Shown piece after piece: positions 45,892 through 53,690 of a stretch of DNA of 64,000 bases. This stretch comes from Motilibacteraceae bacterium (lineage in GTDB: Bacteria > Actinomycetota > Actinomycetes > Motilibacterales > Motilibacteraceae): the NCBI GenBank assembly GCA_051953655.1, contig JBQCIO010000106.1:8052-72051 (forward strand), given 5' to 3'. The position numbers and the translations under genes are program-made. The stretch's first letter is position 1. Each line of letters begins with the position of its first letter. The notes below the pieces were generated by a model. That model was not told the origin of the DNA. It searched no databases and saw only the letters and a program-made list of their open reading frames with translations.

Positions 45892-46932
45892 TCATCCAAG
45901 GTCCGTCCAACGGTCAGGGAACCTGCCGGCTGCCGGCCGACACGCCTTGATCCTGGCCGGTGCGCCAGCGGTGAGGAAGCGGCCCCAGGCGACGGCGATC
46001 AGTACCAGCGCGGTTCCGGCCCAGCCGGCGGGGCCGAGCGGGGCACCGAGGAACGCGCCGAGGACGGCAGCGAAGACGGGTTCGGTGCCCAGCAGCAGGC
46101 CGACCTGGGAGGGGCGGATCGTGGCCAGGGCGCGGTTCTGCACGAGGAACGGCAGCACGGTGCAGCCGAGCGTGAGGTAGCCGAGCGAGGCCCAGCCGCC
46201 GGTGTCTGCTGGAAAGCCTCCGTGCCGGGTCGCGGGCACGAGAAGCGCCAGAGCTGCGGTCAAGGTGGCCACCAGGGCCAGTTGGATGGTGCTGTCGGCG
46301 AGGGGATCAGGTTGGCGGTGGCCGCTGCTGCGGGCGGTGAGGGACAGGTGGCCGGCCCGGGCGACAGCTGCGGACAGAACGAGAAGGTCTCCACGCCAGG
46401 TACTGCTGCCGCCGGCGCGGGCCAGCAGCGCCACGCCGGCCACGCTGAGCGCCCCGGCCCCGAGCAAGCCGCGGGGCAGCGGGACCCGCTGCAGGACCGT
46501 CTCGGCCAGCGGGGTGAGGACGACGAAGACGCTGATGACGACGCCCGCGTGCGCGGGGCTGGTGCGGACGACGCCGTAGGTCTCCAGCAGGAAGACCGCG
46601 GTGAGCGCCGTGCCGGGCAGGACGTTCGCGCGCAGGCTCGCCGCGAGGCTCACCGGCTTCCGGTCAGCCCGCCGTCGGCGCCGCGCGGCAGCCAGTGCCA
46701 GCAGCACCACGACGGCGGCGCCGAAGCGGACTGCAAGGACCAGGGCCACAGACCCGCCTTCGGCGGCGTTCCGGGCGGCCAGGTAGCTCGACCCCCACAG
46801 GGCGGCGACGAGCAGGAGCAGGCCGTCGTCCACCCGCGGCTGGCGGCGTCGGGACGTGCTGGGTCGCTGGGTGGTGGGTCGGGCGTCGGTGTAGGTCGGA
46901 GCGCCGGAGATGTCGTTCACCTCGCCGCCCAC
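45892..46932 (-). CDS. EamA/DMT-family transporter
   Basis: It has about 10 TM helices and two EamA-like halves (LLLVAALWGSSYLAARN... and ...LGCTVLPFLVQNRALATIRPSQVGLLLGTEPVFAAVLG). The N-terminal ~35 aa and the exact start are uncertain. Confidence 0.8.
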   Translation of the reverse strand: MGGEVNDISGAPTYTDARPTTQRPSTSRRRQPRVDDGLLLLVAALWGSSYLAARNAAEGGSVALVLAVRFGAAVVVLLALAAARRRRRADRKPVSLAASLRANVLPGTALTAVFLLETYGVVRTSPAHAGVVISVFVVLTPLAETVLQRVPLPRGLLGAGALSVAGVALLARAGGSSTWRGDLLVLSAAVARAGHLSLTARSSGHRQPDPLADSTIQLALVATLTAALALLVPATRHGGFPADTGGWASLGYLTLGCTVLPFLVQNRALATIRPSQVGLLLGTEPVFAAVLGAFLGAPLGPAGWAGTALVLIAVAWGRFLTAGAPARIKACRPAAGRFPDRWTDLG

Positions 46933-47025
46933 GTTCCGTGGCGGGCGAAGGCGCGCGTGCGTGGCGCAGGCGTCGGACGCACGGGCCGTCCCTCACCGAT
47001 GGGTTCTGCGGGGGCACGTGCGGTC

Positions 47026-47771
47026 CTAGTGCTCACGGAGATGCGCGTCCTCAACCGTCACGGCGGGCAGGGCGATGAGGCCGACGGCCAGGAGCAGCAG
47101 GTCCTGACCGATCATGACCGTCCACAGAGCACCACCGTGCAGACCGGTGGTGTGCAAGAGCAGGTCGAGTACCGCATGGGTCACAGCCAACGCCCACAGG
47201 GCGTTGGTCCGTAGCCGCAGCACGCTGTACCCGAAGCCGAAGGCGGCGGCTCCGACGGCCTGGGCCGCGGTGACGGCGGCGTTCTGACCGAAGAGGACGT
47301 TCGCCAGGTGAGCGGCGCCGAAGACGGCAGCGGAGAGGGCAGCGGCTCTTCCCGCTCCCATCGGGAGCGCGGCGCGAGCACGACGCCGCGGAACCACAGC
47401 TCCTCGTAGACGCCGGTGGCGATGTAGCCAACGGTCAGCACGAGCAGGGTCGACGGCTCCGGCGACCAACCCCAGGCGAGCGGCACCAGAGCCAGTGTGA
47501 CCGGGACGACGAGCCAGCGCCTCGTCCGCCACGTGCTCGGGCCAGCGGCGGCCAGGGACGACCAGCCCACCCGCCGTGCCACGGCCAGGCTCAGCACGAG
47601 CAGTAGCAGCACGACGACCAACCGGCGAAGCGTCTCGTCCGAGTGAGGCGCGACCCACGCGAGCAGCAACCCACCCGCCAGCGTGGCGCCCACGCTGACC
47701 GCGGCCAGGGCGAACACGTCCCGGACAGGGCGGCTCCGACCGGCCTCGACCTCCAGCGCGAGGCCGGTCAC
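47026..47771 (-). pseudogene. CPBP-family intramembrane glutamic endopeptidase (CAAX protease-like), split by a 1-nt frameshift near 47365-47380
   Basis: Motif 1 (YEELWFRGVVL) is in the frame of ORF 47181-47900. Motifs 2 and 3 (SAAVFGAAHL and THAVLDLL) are in the frame of ORF 47026-48123. The two frames meet in a GC run (gcgcgccgcg). The N-terminal start is GTG 47771, which forms a GTGA overlap with the upstream stop. It could be a true pseudogene or an assembly error. Confidence 0.6.
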
Positions 47772-48298
47772 GATGCCACCCGCTGGGCCCCGGTCGCGGC
47801 CTCGGCCGTGAGCGGCGCCGGACGACGTGAGCGCAGAGCCACAGAGATCGTCCGCGACAGCACCATCGCGAGCGCCATGGCGACGAACGCCGCGGTCCAC
47901 GCGTCGGCTCCCGTGATGGCGTGGTCGCGGGAGAACTCACCGACGGTGTGGGCGCCCGGGCCGGTGGCCCACTCAGCGAAGGCGATGCGGCCGCCGATCG
48001 CGACGACCCAGGCCGCGGCGTATCCGACGCCGGTCGTGGCGACGAGTCGACCGCTTCGGTCGTGCAGTCGGGTGGACGCGCCGGCCGCCACGCCCAGGAC
48101 GAGGCCCACCGCACCGAGCACACCGATCAGCAGGAGATCGTGGCCTTGGGTCGGTAGCGGCAAGAGGAAGATCGACGCCACGACGACGATGGCCAGCGGC
48201 ACGACGAACGTGCCCTGCGTGATCGGCCTGGTCCCGAGGTTGCGCGCGAGGGCCCAGGTCAGGAGGGCCAGAGACAGGATCCACTGGGCGGTGCTCAT
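47768..48298 (-). CDS. small polytopic membrane protein (DUF1453-like, tentative)
   Basis: Trimmed from 47768-48328 to the ATG at 48298. It begins MSTAQWILSLALLTWALARN..., has about 4-5 TM helices and is translationally coupled to the CPBP gene. Confidence 0.6.
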   Translation of the reverse strand: MSTAQWILSLALLTWALARNLGTRPITQGTFVVPLAIVVVASIFLLPLPTQGHDLLLIGVLGAVGLVLGVAAGASTRLHDRSGRLVATTGVGYAAAWVVAIGGRIAFAEWATGPGAHTVGEFSRDHAITGADAWTAAFVAMALAMVLSRTISVALRSRRPAPLTAEAATGAQRVAS

Positions 48299-48379
48299 CG
48301 AGAGCTCCCTTCGAGGTTGATGCCTCAAAGGTGCCGCTCAGGGCTCGCCACGGCCTCGGTGACAAAGGCCGCCGCGGTG

Positions 48380-48417
48380 GTGACCATCGGCCGTCCCCCT
48401 CTCGGCCGGATGACGTA
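48380..48417 (-). promoter_or_regulatory. conserved 38-nt upstream block, copy 1 (TACGTCATCCGGCCGA-N7-ACGGC-N5-GTCAC)
   Basis: The minus-strand reading is TACGTCATCCGGCCGAgagggggACGGCcgatgGTCAC. It lies 81-118 nt upstream of the 48298 start and immediately after the response-regulator stop. Confidence 0.6.
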
Positions 48418-48423
48418 GTGGCC

Positions 48424-49104
48424 CTACTGCAGCGTTCCGACCCCCGCCGCGTCGATCAGCCCCTCGCGCACTGCCCACATGGCGGCCTGCGTGCGGCTGG
48501 CCAGGCCGAGCTTGGCGAGGATGTTGGAGACGTGGGTGCGGGCGGTGCGTTCTGCCACCCCCAGCGTCCGCGCGATGTCGCGATTGGTCTGCCCTTCGGC
48601 GATCAGCACGACCACCTCGCGCTCGCGGTCGGTCAGGTCGGCCGCCGCGGTCCTCGGCGTCCGTAGCCCTGCCGCCAGCGCGGCGGCCGCCGCCGGGTCC
48701 AGCCGGACCTCCCCTGCCACGGCGGCACGGATCGCGGCGACCACGTCCTCAGCGTCCGAGTCCTTGAGCAGGTAGCCGGTGGCCCCGGCCGCGAGCGCGG
48801 CGCGGATGCGCGCTTCCTCGACGAAGGACGTGACGGCGATGACCTCGATGCCGGGCCACGTGGCCTTCACCTGCGCCGTGGCGTCGACGCCGTCGAGGTG
48901 AGGCATCTGCAGGTCCATGAGGACGACGTCCGGCGTGCGCTCCTGTGACGCCAGGACGCTCAGCCGGGCCAGCGCCTCGCGGCCGTCGGCCGCCTGACCG
49001 ACGACCTCGATGCCGGGTTCGGTGCTGAGGTACGACTCCAGACCTGCCCGCACGACAGTGTGGTCGTCGACGAGGAACACCTCGATCGGCTGCCCGAGAT
49101 CCAC
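48424..49104 (-). CDS. NarL/FixJ-family response regulator (REC + LuxR HTH)
   Basis: Trimmed from 48424-49188 to GTG 49104. It reads IEVFLVDDHTVVRAGL, has the phospho-acceptor region PDVVLMDLQMP, and the HTH LTDREREVVVLIAEGQTNRDIARTLGVAERTARTHVSNILAKLG. Confidence 0.92.
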   Translation of the reverse strand: MDLGQPIEVFLVDDHTVVRAGLESYLSTEPGIEVVGQAADGREALARLSVLASQERTPDVVLMDLQMPHLDGVDATAQVKATWPGIEVIAVTSFVEEARIRAALAAGATGYLLKDSDAEDVVAAIRAAVAGEVRLDPAAAAALAAGLRTPRTAAADLTDREREVVVLIAEGQTNRDIARTLGVAERTARTHVSNILAKLGLASRTQAAMWAVREGLIDAAGVGTLQ

Positions 49105-49108
49105 GCAG

Positions 49109-49705
49109 TCATTGTGGCGTTCCCGACTCGCACGTGCCAGGACGTGTGCGCCCGGGCTCAGACACGTGCAGGACGGCGTAGCGGTCACCGGGGGCCTCCT
49201 CCGGCACCTGGCGAGACCATAGGGTCAGGGTGACGCGGTGCCAGGTCGACGGGTCGATGCCGGTCACCACGCAGGTGACGCCCGGATGCCTCGAGGCCCT
49301 CGCCGCCTCGGCCCCCATCCGGTCGCTGAGCTCGATGAGCGAGAGTCCTGGGCCGATGCTGTCGACCGTTCGTGTCGCGGCGACCGGCACGACGTCACGT
49401 GCAGGCCCCTCGCAGACGGCGATGGAGTGCCAGGTTCGGATGGTCGGGCGCCCGAAGTCGTTGCAGATGCCGTCGAAGCCGGGCCCGAAGACGAACTGGT
49501 TCATCCCGTCGACCTCCGCCCACAGGTAGAAGGGCGCGTACTGGTTCACAGGCGACCCGTCGCGGCCGCGTTCGCGCATCAGGTACGCCTTGAAGCCGAG
49601 CCCCGGGAAGTCGTCGGTGCGCGACCCGCGGCTCGCCACGCGTTCGTGGATGATGCCCATGTCGTAGTCGGCGGGCAGGGTGATCTCGTACTGCATCAGA
49701 TGCAT
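49109..49705 (-). CDS. DUF4865-like protein
   Basis: Trimmed from 49109-49963 to the ATG at 49705. It reads MHLMQYEITLPADYDMGIIHERVASRGSRTDDFPGLGFKAYLMRERG. The family is assigned from memory of this conserved N-terminus. Confidence 0.6.
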   Translation of the reverse strand: MHLMQYEITLPADYDMGIIHERVASRGSRTDDFPGLGFKAYLMRERGRDGSPVNQYAPFYLWAEVDGMNQFVFGPGFDGICNDFGRPTIRTWHSIAVCEGPARDVVPVAATRTVDSIGPGLSLIELSDRMGAEAARASRHPGVTCVVTGIDPSTWHRVTLTLWSRQVPEEAPGDRYAVLHVSEPGRTRPGTCESGTPQ

Positions 49706-50094
49706 CGGTGCTCCTGAAAGGGTCGCAGTTCCTCGGTGGTGAGCGCGCAGAAAAGGTTGCCCTCCGGGTCGGCGAACACCTGCCACCGGCCCTTCGGGTC
49801 CTGCCACTGAGGAACCGCGCCGAGCGACGTCAGCCGATCGAGGTCGGCAACGTCGTCGAGTCGGATGTCGAGGTGCACGCGCCCCGGGGGCGGTGAGAGC
49901 TGTTCCGCCGGGCTGATCCACACGTGCGGGCCGTCGCGCCGGCCGAGCAGCACCGACTCGCACTCGCCGAGTGTCCCGCGCTCGATCGCCTGGGCGTCCT
50001 GCGGATCGACGGGAAGGGCGAGCACAGCGGACCAGAAGGCGGCGAGCACGGCCGGACGCCGGCTGTGGATGGTGATCGCCTCAAGATGCGACAC
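49696..50094 (-). CDS. VOC (glyoxalase/bleomycin-resistance fold) family protein
   Basis: The track ORF is 49696-50130. The likely start is GTG 50094 (VSHLEAITIHSRRPAVLAAFW...). It also contains HLDIRLDD and FADPEGNLFC. Confidence 0.7.
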   Translation of the reverse strand: MSHLEAITIHSRRPAVLAAFWSAVLALPVDPQDAQAIERGTLGECESVLLGRRDGPHVWISPAEQLSPPPGRVHLDIRLDDVADLDRLTSLGAVPQWQDPKGRWQVFADPEGNLFCALTTEELRPFQEHRCI

Positions 50095-51295
50095 GGGTGC
50101 CTCGTTCGTCGTGAGTGGCCGTCCCTGCACCCCGCGGCAGAAAGGCGTCCAGTGCCCGGATCACGAGCCCCGGCGTCTCGAGCGTCGGCATGTGCGGTGC
50201 GCCAAGGAGCTCGACGTAGGTGGACCCAGGGACGTTGTCGGCGAGTCGGGTCATCACCGCCGGCCCGGTCGAGGCGTCCTGCTCACCGCACAGCACAAGC
50301 GTGGGGCGTGGCCAACCCCGGAGTCGGCCGGCCACATCGAGCCGCGAGAAGGAGCGCCACGCCGCGGCGACCTGGCGTGGCTCACCCCGCAGTACGCACT
50401 CGCGGGCGTACCGCACGCCCCAGCCGTTCTCGGCCAACGCCTCCGGCGTGAACCACCGTGTGAGAGAGGGAGCGACCTGCGCGGCCACACCGTCGTGCTC
50501 GACCGCTTCCGCCCGGCCGCCGAAGGAGTCGAAGGCTTGGTCGGTGGTGGCGGCAAGCGTCAGCGACAGCACGCTGTCCGGGTGCCGTACGGCGAAGGTC
50601 TGCGCCACGGCGCCGCCGTACGAGAGTCCGACGACGTGAGCGCGTTCGACGCCCGTCGCCGCCATCACTTCGAGCAGGTCGTCCGCCAGCTGCGAGAGCT
50701 CAGTAGGTGCCGGCGCTTCCGTGGCGGCGCCGTGTCCGCGTAGGTCGTAGGCGAACACCCGACGACCGACGGCCAGCTGCCGGATGATCGGCTCCCACAT
50801 GCGCCAGGTGAGTCCGAGAGCGTGCAACAGGACGACGGCCGGGCCGGTGTCTCCGTACTGCGCGAGCTGGGTGGTGTGGTCCGACAGGGTCAGAGGGCGC
50901 ACCGGCACGGCGACGCCGTCGTCGGCACCCAGGCCGTCGAGCACGTCTCGCACCACGTCCAGTCCGTTCAACGCCCGAGGGAAGCCGGCGTACACCGACG
51001 TGTGCTCAGCAAGGGCTCGCAGCTCGTCAGCCGTGACGCCGTGCTGCAGGGCCGCTTTCAGGTGCACGCGCAGCTGAGGCTCGACACCGCCGAGCGCGAT
51101 GAGCACGGCGACAGTGGCGACCTCGCGGTCGCGCCAGGACAGCCGCGGGTCCGCCAGTGGTTGGCTGAACGCGCCGTCGAGCAGCCAGCGGAACATCGCA
51201 GGAGCCTCGGCCCGCAGTGAGGCCAGAGAAGTCTCGGGGTCGGTCCCGACGAGCGACCGGAAGGTGCGCGGGCCTCGCGCGTCGACGGTGGTCAT
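50081..51295 (-). CDS. fusion protein: carboxymuconolactone decarboxylase (CMD) domain + alpha/beta-hydrolase (enol-lactonase-like) domain
   Basis: Trimmed from 50081-52294 to the ATG at 51295 (404 aa). The N-terminal CMD motif is LSWRDREVATVAVLIALGGVEPQLRVHLKAALQHGVTADELRALAEHTSVYAGFP. The C-terminal hydrolase has VVLLHALG, the nucleophile elbow VVGLSYGG, and GAPHM. Confidence 0.8.
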   Translation of the reverse strand: MTTVDARGPRTFRSLVGTDPETSLASLRAEAPAMFRWLLDGAFSQPLADPRLSWRDREVATVAVLIALGGVEPQLRVHLKAALQHGVTADELRALAEHTSVYAGFPRALNGLDVVRDVLDGLGADDGVAVPVRPLTLSDHTTQLAQYGDTGPAVVLLHALGLTWRMWEPIIRQLAVGRRVFAYDLRGHGAATEAPAPTELSQLADDLLEVMAATGVERAHVVGLSYGGAVAQTFAVRHPDSVLSLTLAATTDQAFDSFGGRAEAVEHDGVAAQVAPSLTRWFTPEALAENGWGVRYARECVLRGEPRQVAAAWRSFSRLDVAGRLRGWPRPTLVLCGEQDASTGPAVMTRLADNVPGSTYVELLGAPHMPTLETPGLVIRALDAFLPRGAGTATHDERGTRVAS

Positions 51296-51405
51296 ACAGT
51301 GCCTCTCGTAGGGGGGCGATGGGCCGGCGGCTGACCTGCCGCCTGGCCTCACCAGCGTTGCGGTCGCGCGACCCGCGCACCTCGGTGCTGCGACCGGGGC
51401 GGGCC

Positions 51406-51443
51406 GTGACGTTGTGCCGTCGGCCGGTCGGCCGGATGACGTA
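51406..51443 (-). promoter_or_regulatory. conserved 38-nt upstream block, copy 2
   Basis: The minus-strand reading is TACGTCATCCGGCCGAccggccgACGGCacaacGTCAC. The 16-mer is identical to copy 1 and the spacing of the ACGGC and GTCAC elements is the same. It lies 110-147 nt upstream of the 51295 start, just after the kinase stop. Confidence 0.6.
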
Positions 51444-51471
51444 CCTGCCGCTTCCTGCGAGGTCCGCGCTG

Positions 51472-52995
51472 CTACGCCACCGGCACGCTCACCGTGACGA
51501 CGCAGCCGGCACCCGGCGCGCTGTCCACGGTGAGGCGGCCGCCGATGGCCGTTGCGCGATCGCGCATCGTCACCTGGCCCAGGTGGCCCTCCTGCACGGA
51601 GGCGGGGTCGAAGCCCCGGCCGTCGTCGCGCACCTGCACGGTCAACAGGTGCGCCGCGTCGTCCGCGCGTACCTGGACGGCGACGGTGGTGGCCGCCGCG
51701 TGCTTGACGGTGTTGTGCAGCGCCTCCAGCACCAGGCGGTACAGGTGCTCCTCCGTTCGCGGATCCAGCGCGAGTCGGCGCTCGGGACCGGCGACGGTGA
51801 TAGTCAGCCCTTCCCGGGCGCTGAGCGCCGCCGCCTGCCGCGTCAGCGCGACCACGAGACCTTCGTTCTCCAGCGCCCCGGGGCGCAGCTCGAAGATCAG
51901 CGCCCTCATCTCGGCGAGCGCACCGCGCGTCAGTGCCGCCAAGGTCTCCAGGCTGGTGGCGAGAGGGTCGCTCGGCGCAACCCCGTGGCCGGCGAGGCGT
52001 CGCTGCGCAGCACGCGCGTGCATCGTCATCGAGAACAGCGCCTGGCTGACCGAGTCGTGCAGCTCTCGCGCGAGACGCTGCCGCTCGACGAGCGTGGCGT
52101 GCGACTCGGCTGCGCCGAACAGTCGCGAGTTCTCGACGGCGACTGCGGACTGGTCGGCGATCGCCTGCAGGAACGCGCGCTCGGCCCCGTCCAGCTGGTA
52201 GTCGGCTGCGACGTAGAGCAGCAGGCACCCCACGCACCGCCCTCGGGCGCCCAGCGGCACTACGACGACGTCCTGGAACTGCATCGCCACCCACGTCGAG
52301 TGCAACGGGCCATAGCGAGGGTCGGCCTCGGCGTGGCCACGAAAGTCTCGGATGACCGTGACGTCGGTCGCCAACGTGACATTGCGGATCGGCGAGTCGA
52401 CCCCGGCGGCGTAGGCGGCTTCGACCCGCTCGCGATAACCCTCGGGAAGCCCGTCATCGCCGTAGGCGGAGAGGTCCCGCAGCTCCTCGTCCTCCCACAC
52501 CACGACGGCTGCCGCCTCGGCACCCGTGGCAGAACGCACGCTGCGGGCGACCTGACGCAGCGTCCCTTCGAGCGGGTGCTCGAGCGTCATGGCATCGGCG
52601 ATCCCGGCGAAGGCCGCGATCCGGCGTTCCAGCTGCTCGTAGGCCGCCACCTGCTCTGTGACGTCGGTGGCGGTGACGAGAAGGCCGCGGGCCCCGCTCT
52701 CCAGCTCGATCGGGGCGAGGACCAGGTCCCAGTGGATCGCGGAGCCGTCCTGACCGGTCAGCGAGACTCTACGACGCCCGACGTCCGCGGAGGGCGCGCC
52801 AACCGCAGAGAGCCACCGACCGTCGAACCGGCTCCCGAAGAGCCCAGCCCACCCCGGGCTGCTACGCAGCACGCGGCCTTCGGCGTCGAGCAGAGCCACT
52901 GCTATCGGCAGATGACTGACAAGGCATTCCCACGACGGCAGCACCTCAGCGACACCGTGGCTTCGCGAGGGGGTCTCAGCCACCCAGTGGTCCAT
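51472..52995 (-). CDS. sensor histidine kinase (PAS + GAF + HisKA_3 + HATPase_c; cytoplasmic)
   Basis: Trimmed from 51472-53460 to the ATG at 52995 (507 aa). It has a PAS-like region (LPIAVALLDAEGRVLRSSPGW), a GAF-like middle, the H-box ERQRLARELHDSVSQALFS (the NarL-partner HisKA_3 type), and the ATPase motifs EALHNTVKHA and DDGRGF. Confidence 0.88.
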   Translation of the reverse strand: MDHWVAETPSRSHGVAEVLPSWECLVSHLPIAVALLDAEGRVLRSSPGWAGLFGSRFDGRWLSAVGAPSADVGRRRVSLTGQDGSAIHWDLVLAPIELESGARGLLVTATDVTEQVAAYEQLERRIAAFAGIADAMTLEHPLEGTLRQVARSVRSATGAEAAAVVVWEDEELRDLSAYGDDGLPEGYRERVEAAYAAGVDSPIRNVTLATDVTVIRDFRGHAEADPRYGPLHSTWVAMQFQDVVVVPLGARGRCVGCLLLYVAADYQLDGAERAFLQAIADQSAVAVENSRLFGAAESHATLVERQRLARELHDSVSQALFSMTMHARAAQRRLAGHGVAPSDPLATSLETLAALTRGALAEMRALIFELRPGALENEGLVVALTRQAAALSAREGLTITVAGPERRLALDPRTEEHLYRLVLEALHNTVKHAAATTVAVQVRADDAAHLLTVQVRDDGRGFDPASVQEGHLGQVTMRDRATAIGGRLTVDSAPGAGCVVTVSVPVA

Positions 52996-53082
52996 CCTCG
53001 ACTCCCGACTCGTGCCCCTGCACCGACCGAGCCTGCCATGCCGGTCGGCGGCGCGTCGACGCCTTGCGCCTGGTCCGTCTCG

Positions 53083-53095
53083 GTCATCCGGCCGA
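53083..53095 (+). promoter_or_regulatory. third, inverted partial copy of the locus motif (GTCATCCGGCCGA)
   Basis: It is a 13/13 match to the core of copies 1 and 2 but on the plus strand. It therefore has the same orientation relative to the plus-strand yciI-like gene (start 53211, 115 nt downstream) and lies 88-100 nt upstream of the divergent kinase start. Confidence 0.5.
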
Positions 53096-53210
53096 GCTGC
53101 TGGCGACGTATCCGCAGGGACGGGTCGAGCCATCCCGCCGAGGTGACGACGCGCGCAGCGGGAAAGACTGGGCGACGCGCAGATCATCCGACGACAGAGG
53201 AGTCCGCAGC

Positions 53211-53537
53211 ATGTCAGCCGAAAGCACGTCACCGGCCCCTGAGCTCTTCTCGGGAACCGCCTTCGTCCTCCTGGTCGACTACCTCTTTCCGTTGTCGCGG
53301 ATCGACCAGCTGCTGGACGACCACCGCGCCTGGCTGGACGGCCACTTCGCCGACGGCACCTTCCTGGTCTCGGGTCCGCGGGTTCCTCGCGTCGGCGGCA
53401 CGATCCTGGCGACCGGTACGTCGCGCGACGACCTGGAACGCAGGATCGCGTCCGATCCACTGGTCCTGGCGGGTGCGGCCCGCTACGAGGTCGTGGAGTT
53501 CAGCCCCACCCGCGGCCCCTACGCCACGGTGGCGTAA
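53211..53537 (+). CDS. YciI-family protein
   Basis: Trimmed from 53064-53537 to the ATG at 53211, which has AGAGGAG upstream. It is 108 aa and reads ...FVLLVDYL...HRAWLDGHFADGTFLVSGP...GGTILA...DPLVLAGAARYEVVEF. Confidence 0.7.
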   Translation: MSAESTSPAPELFSGTAFVLLVDYLFPLSRIDQLLDDHRAWLDGHFADGTFLVSGPRVPRVGGTILATGTSRDDLERRIASDPLVLAGAARYEVVEFSPTRGPYATVA

Positions 53538-53690
53538 CCGACGTCGTCGAGCCACCCCGCGCGGGCCGGGCGAATCCCGACACTGCTGACCGCTGGCCGG
53601 ACATTGTGGACAGGCCTACCAGGGCCATCCCCTGGTCGTTCACCCCTCGACCGATGTCGCCCTGTGCGGTCTGGCCCCCGACAGAACGGC

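Noticed and set aside
43639-47214. 1191-aa plus-strand ORF
   Set aside because: It is antisense to the PAS-GGDEF-EAL gene and the DMT transporter gene, and has the same low-complexity composition with no recognisable motifs.
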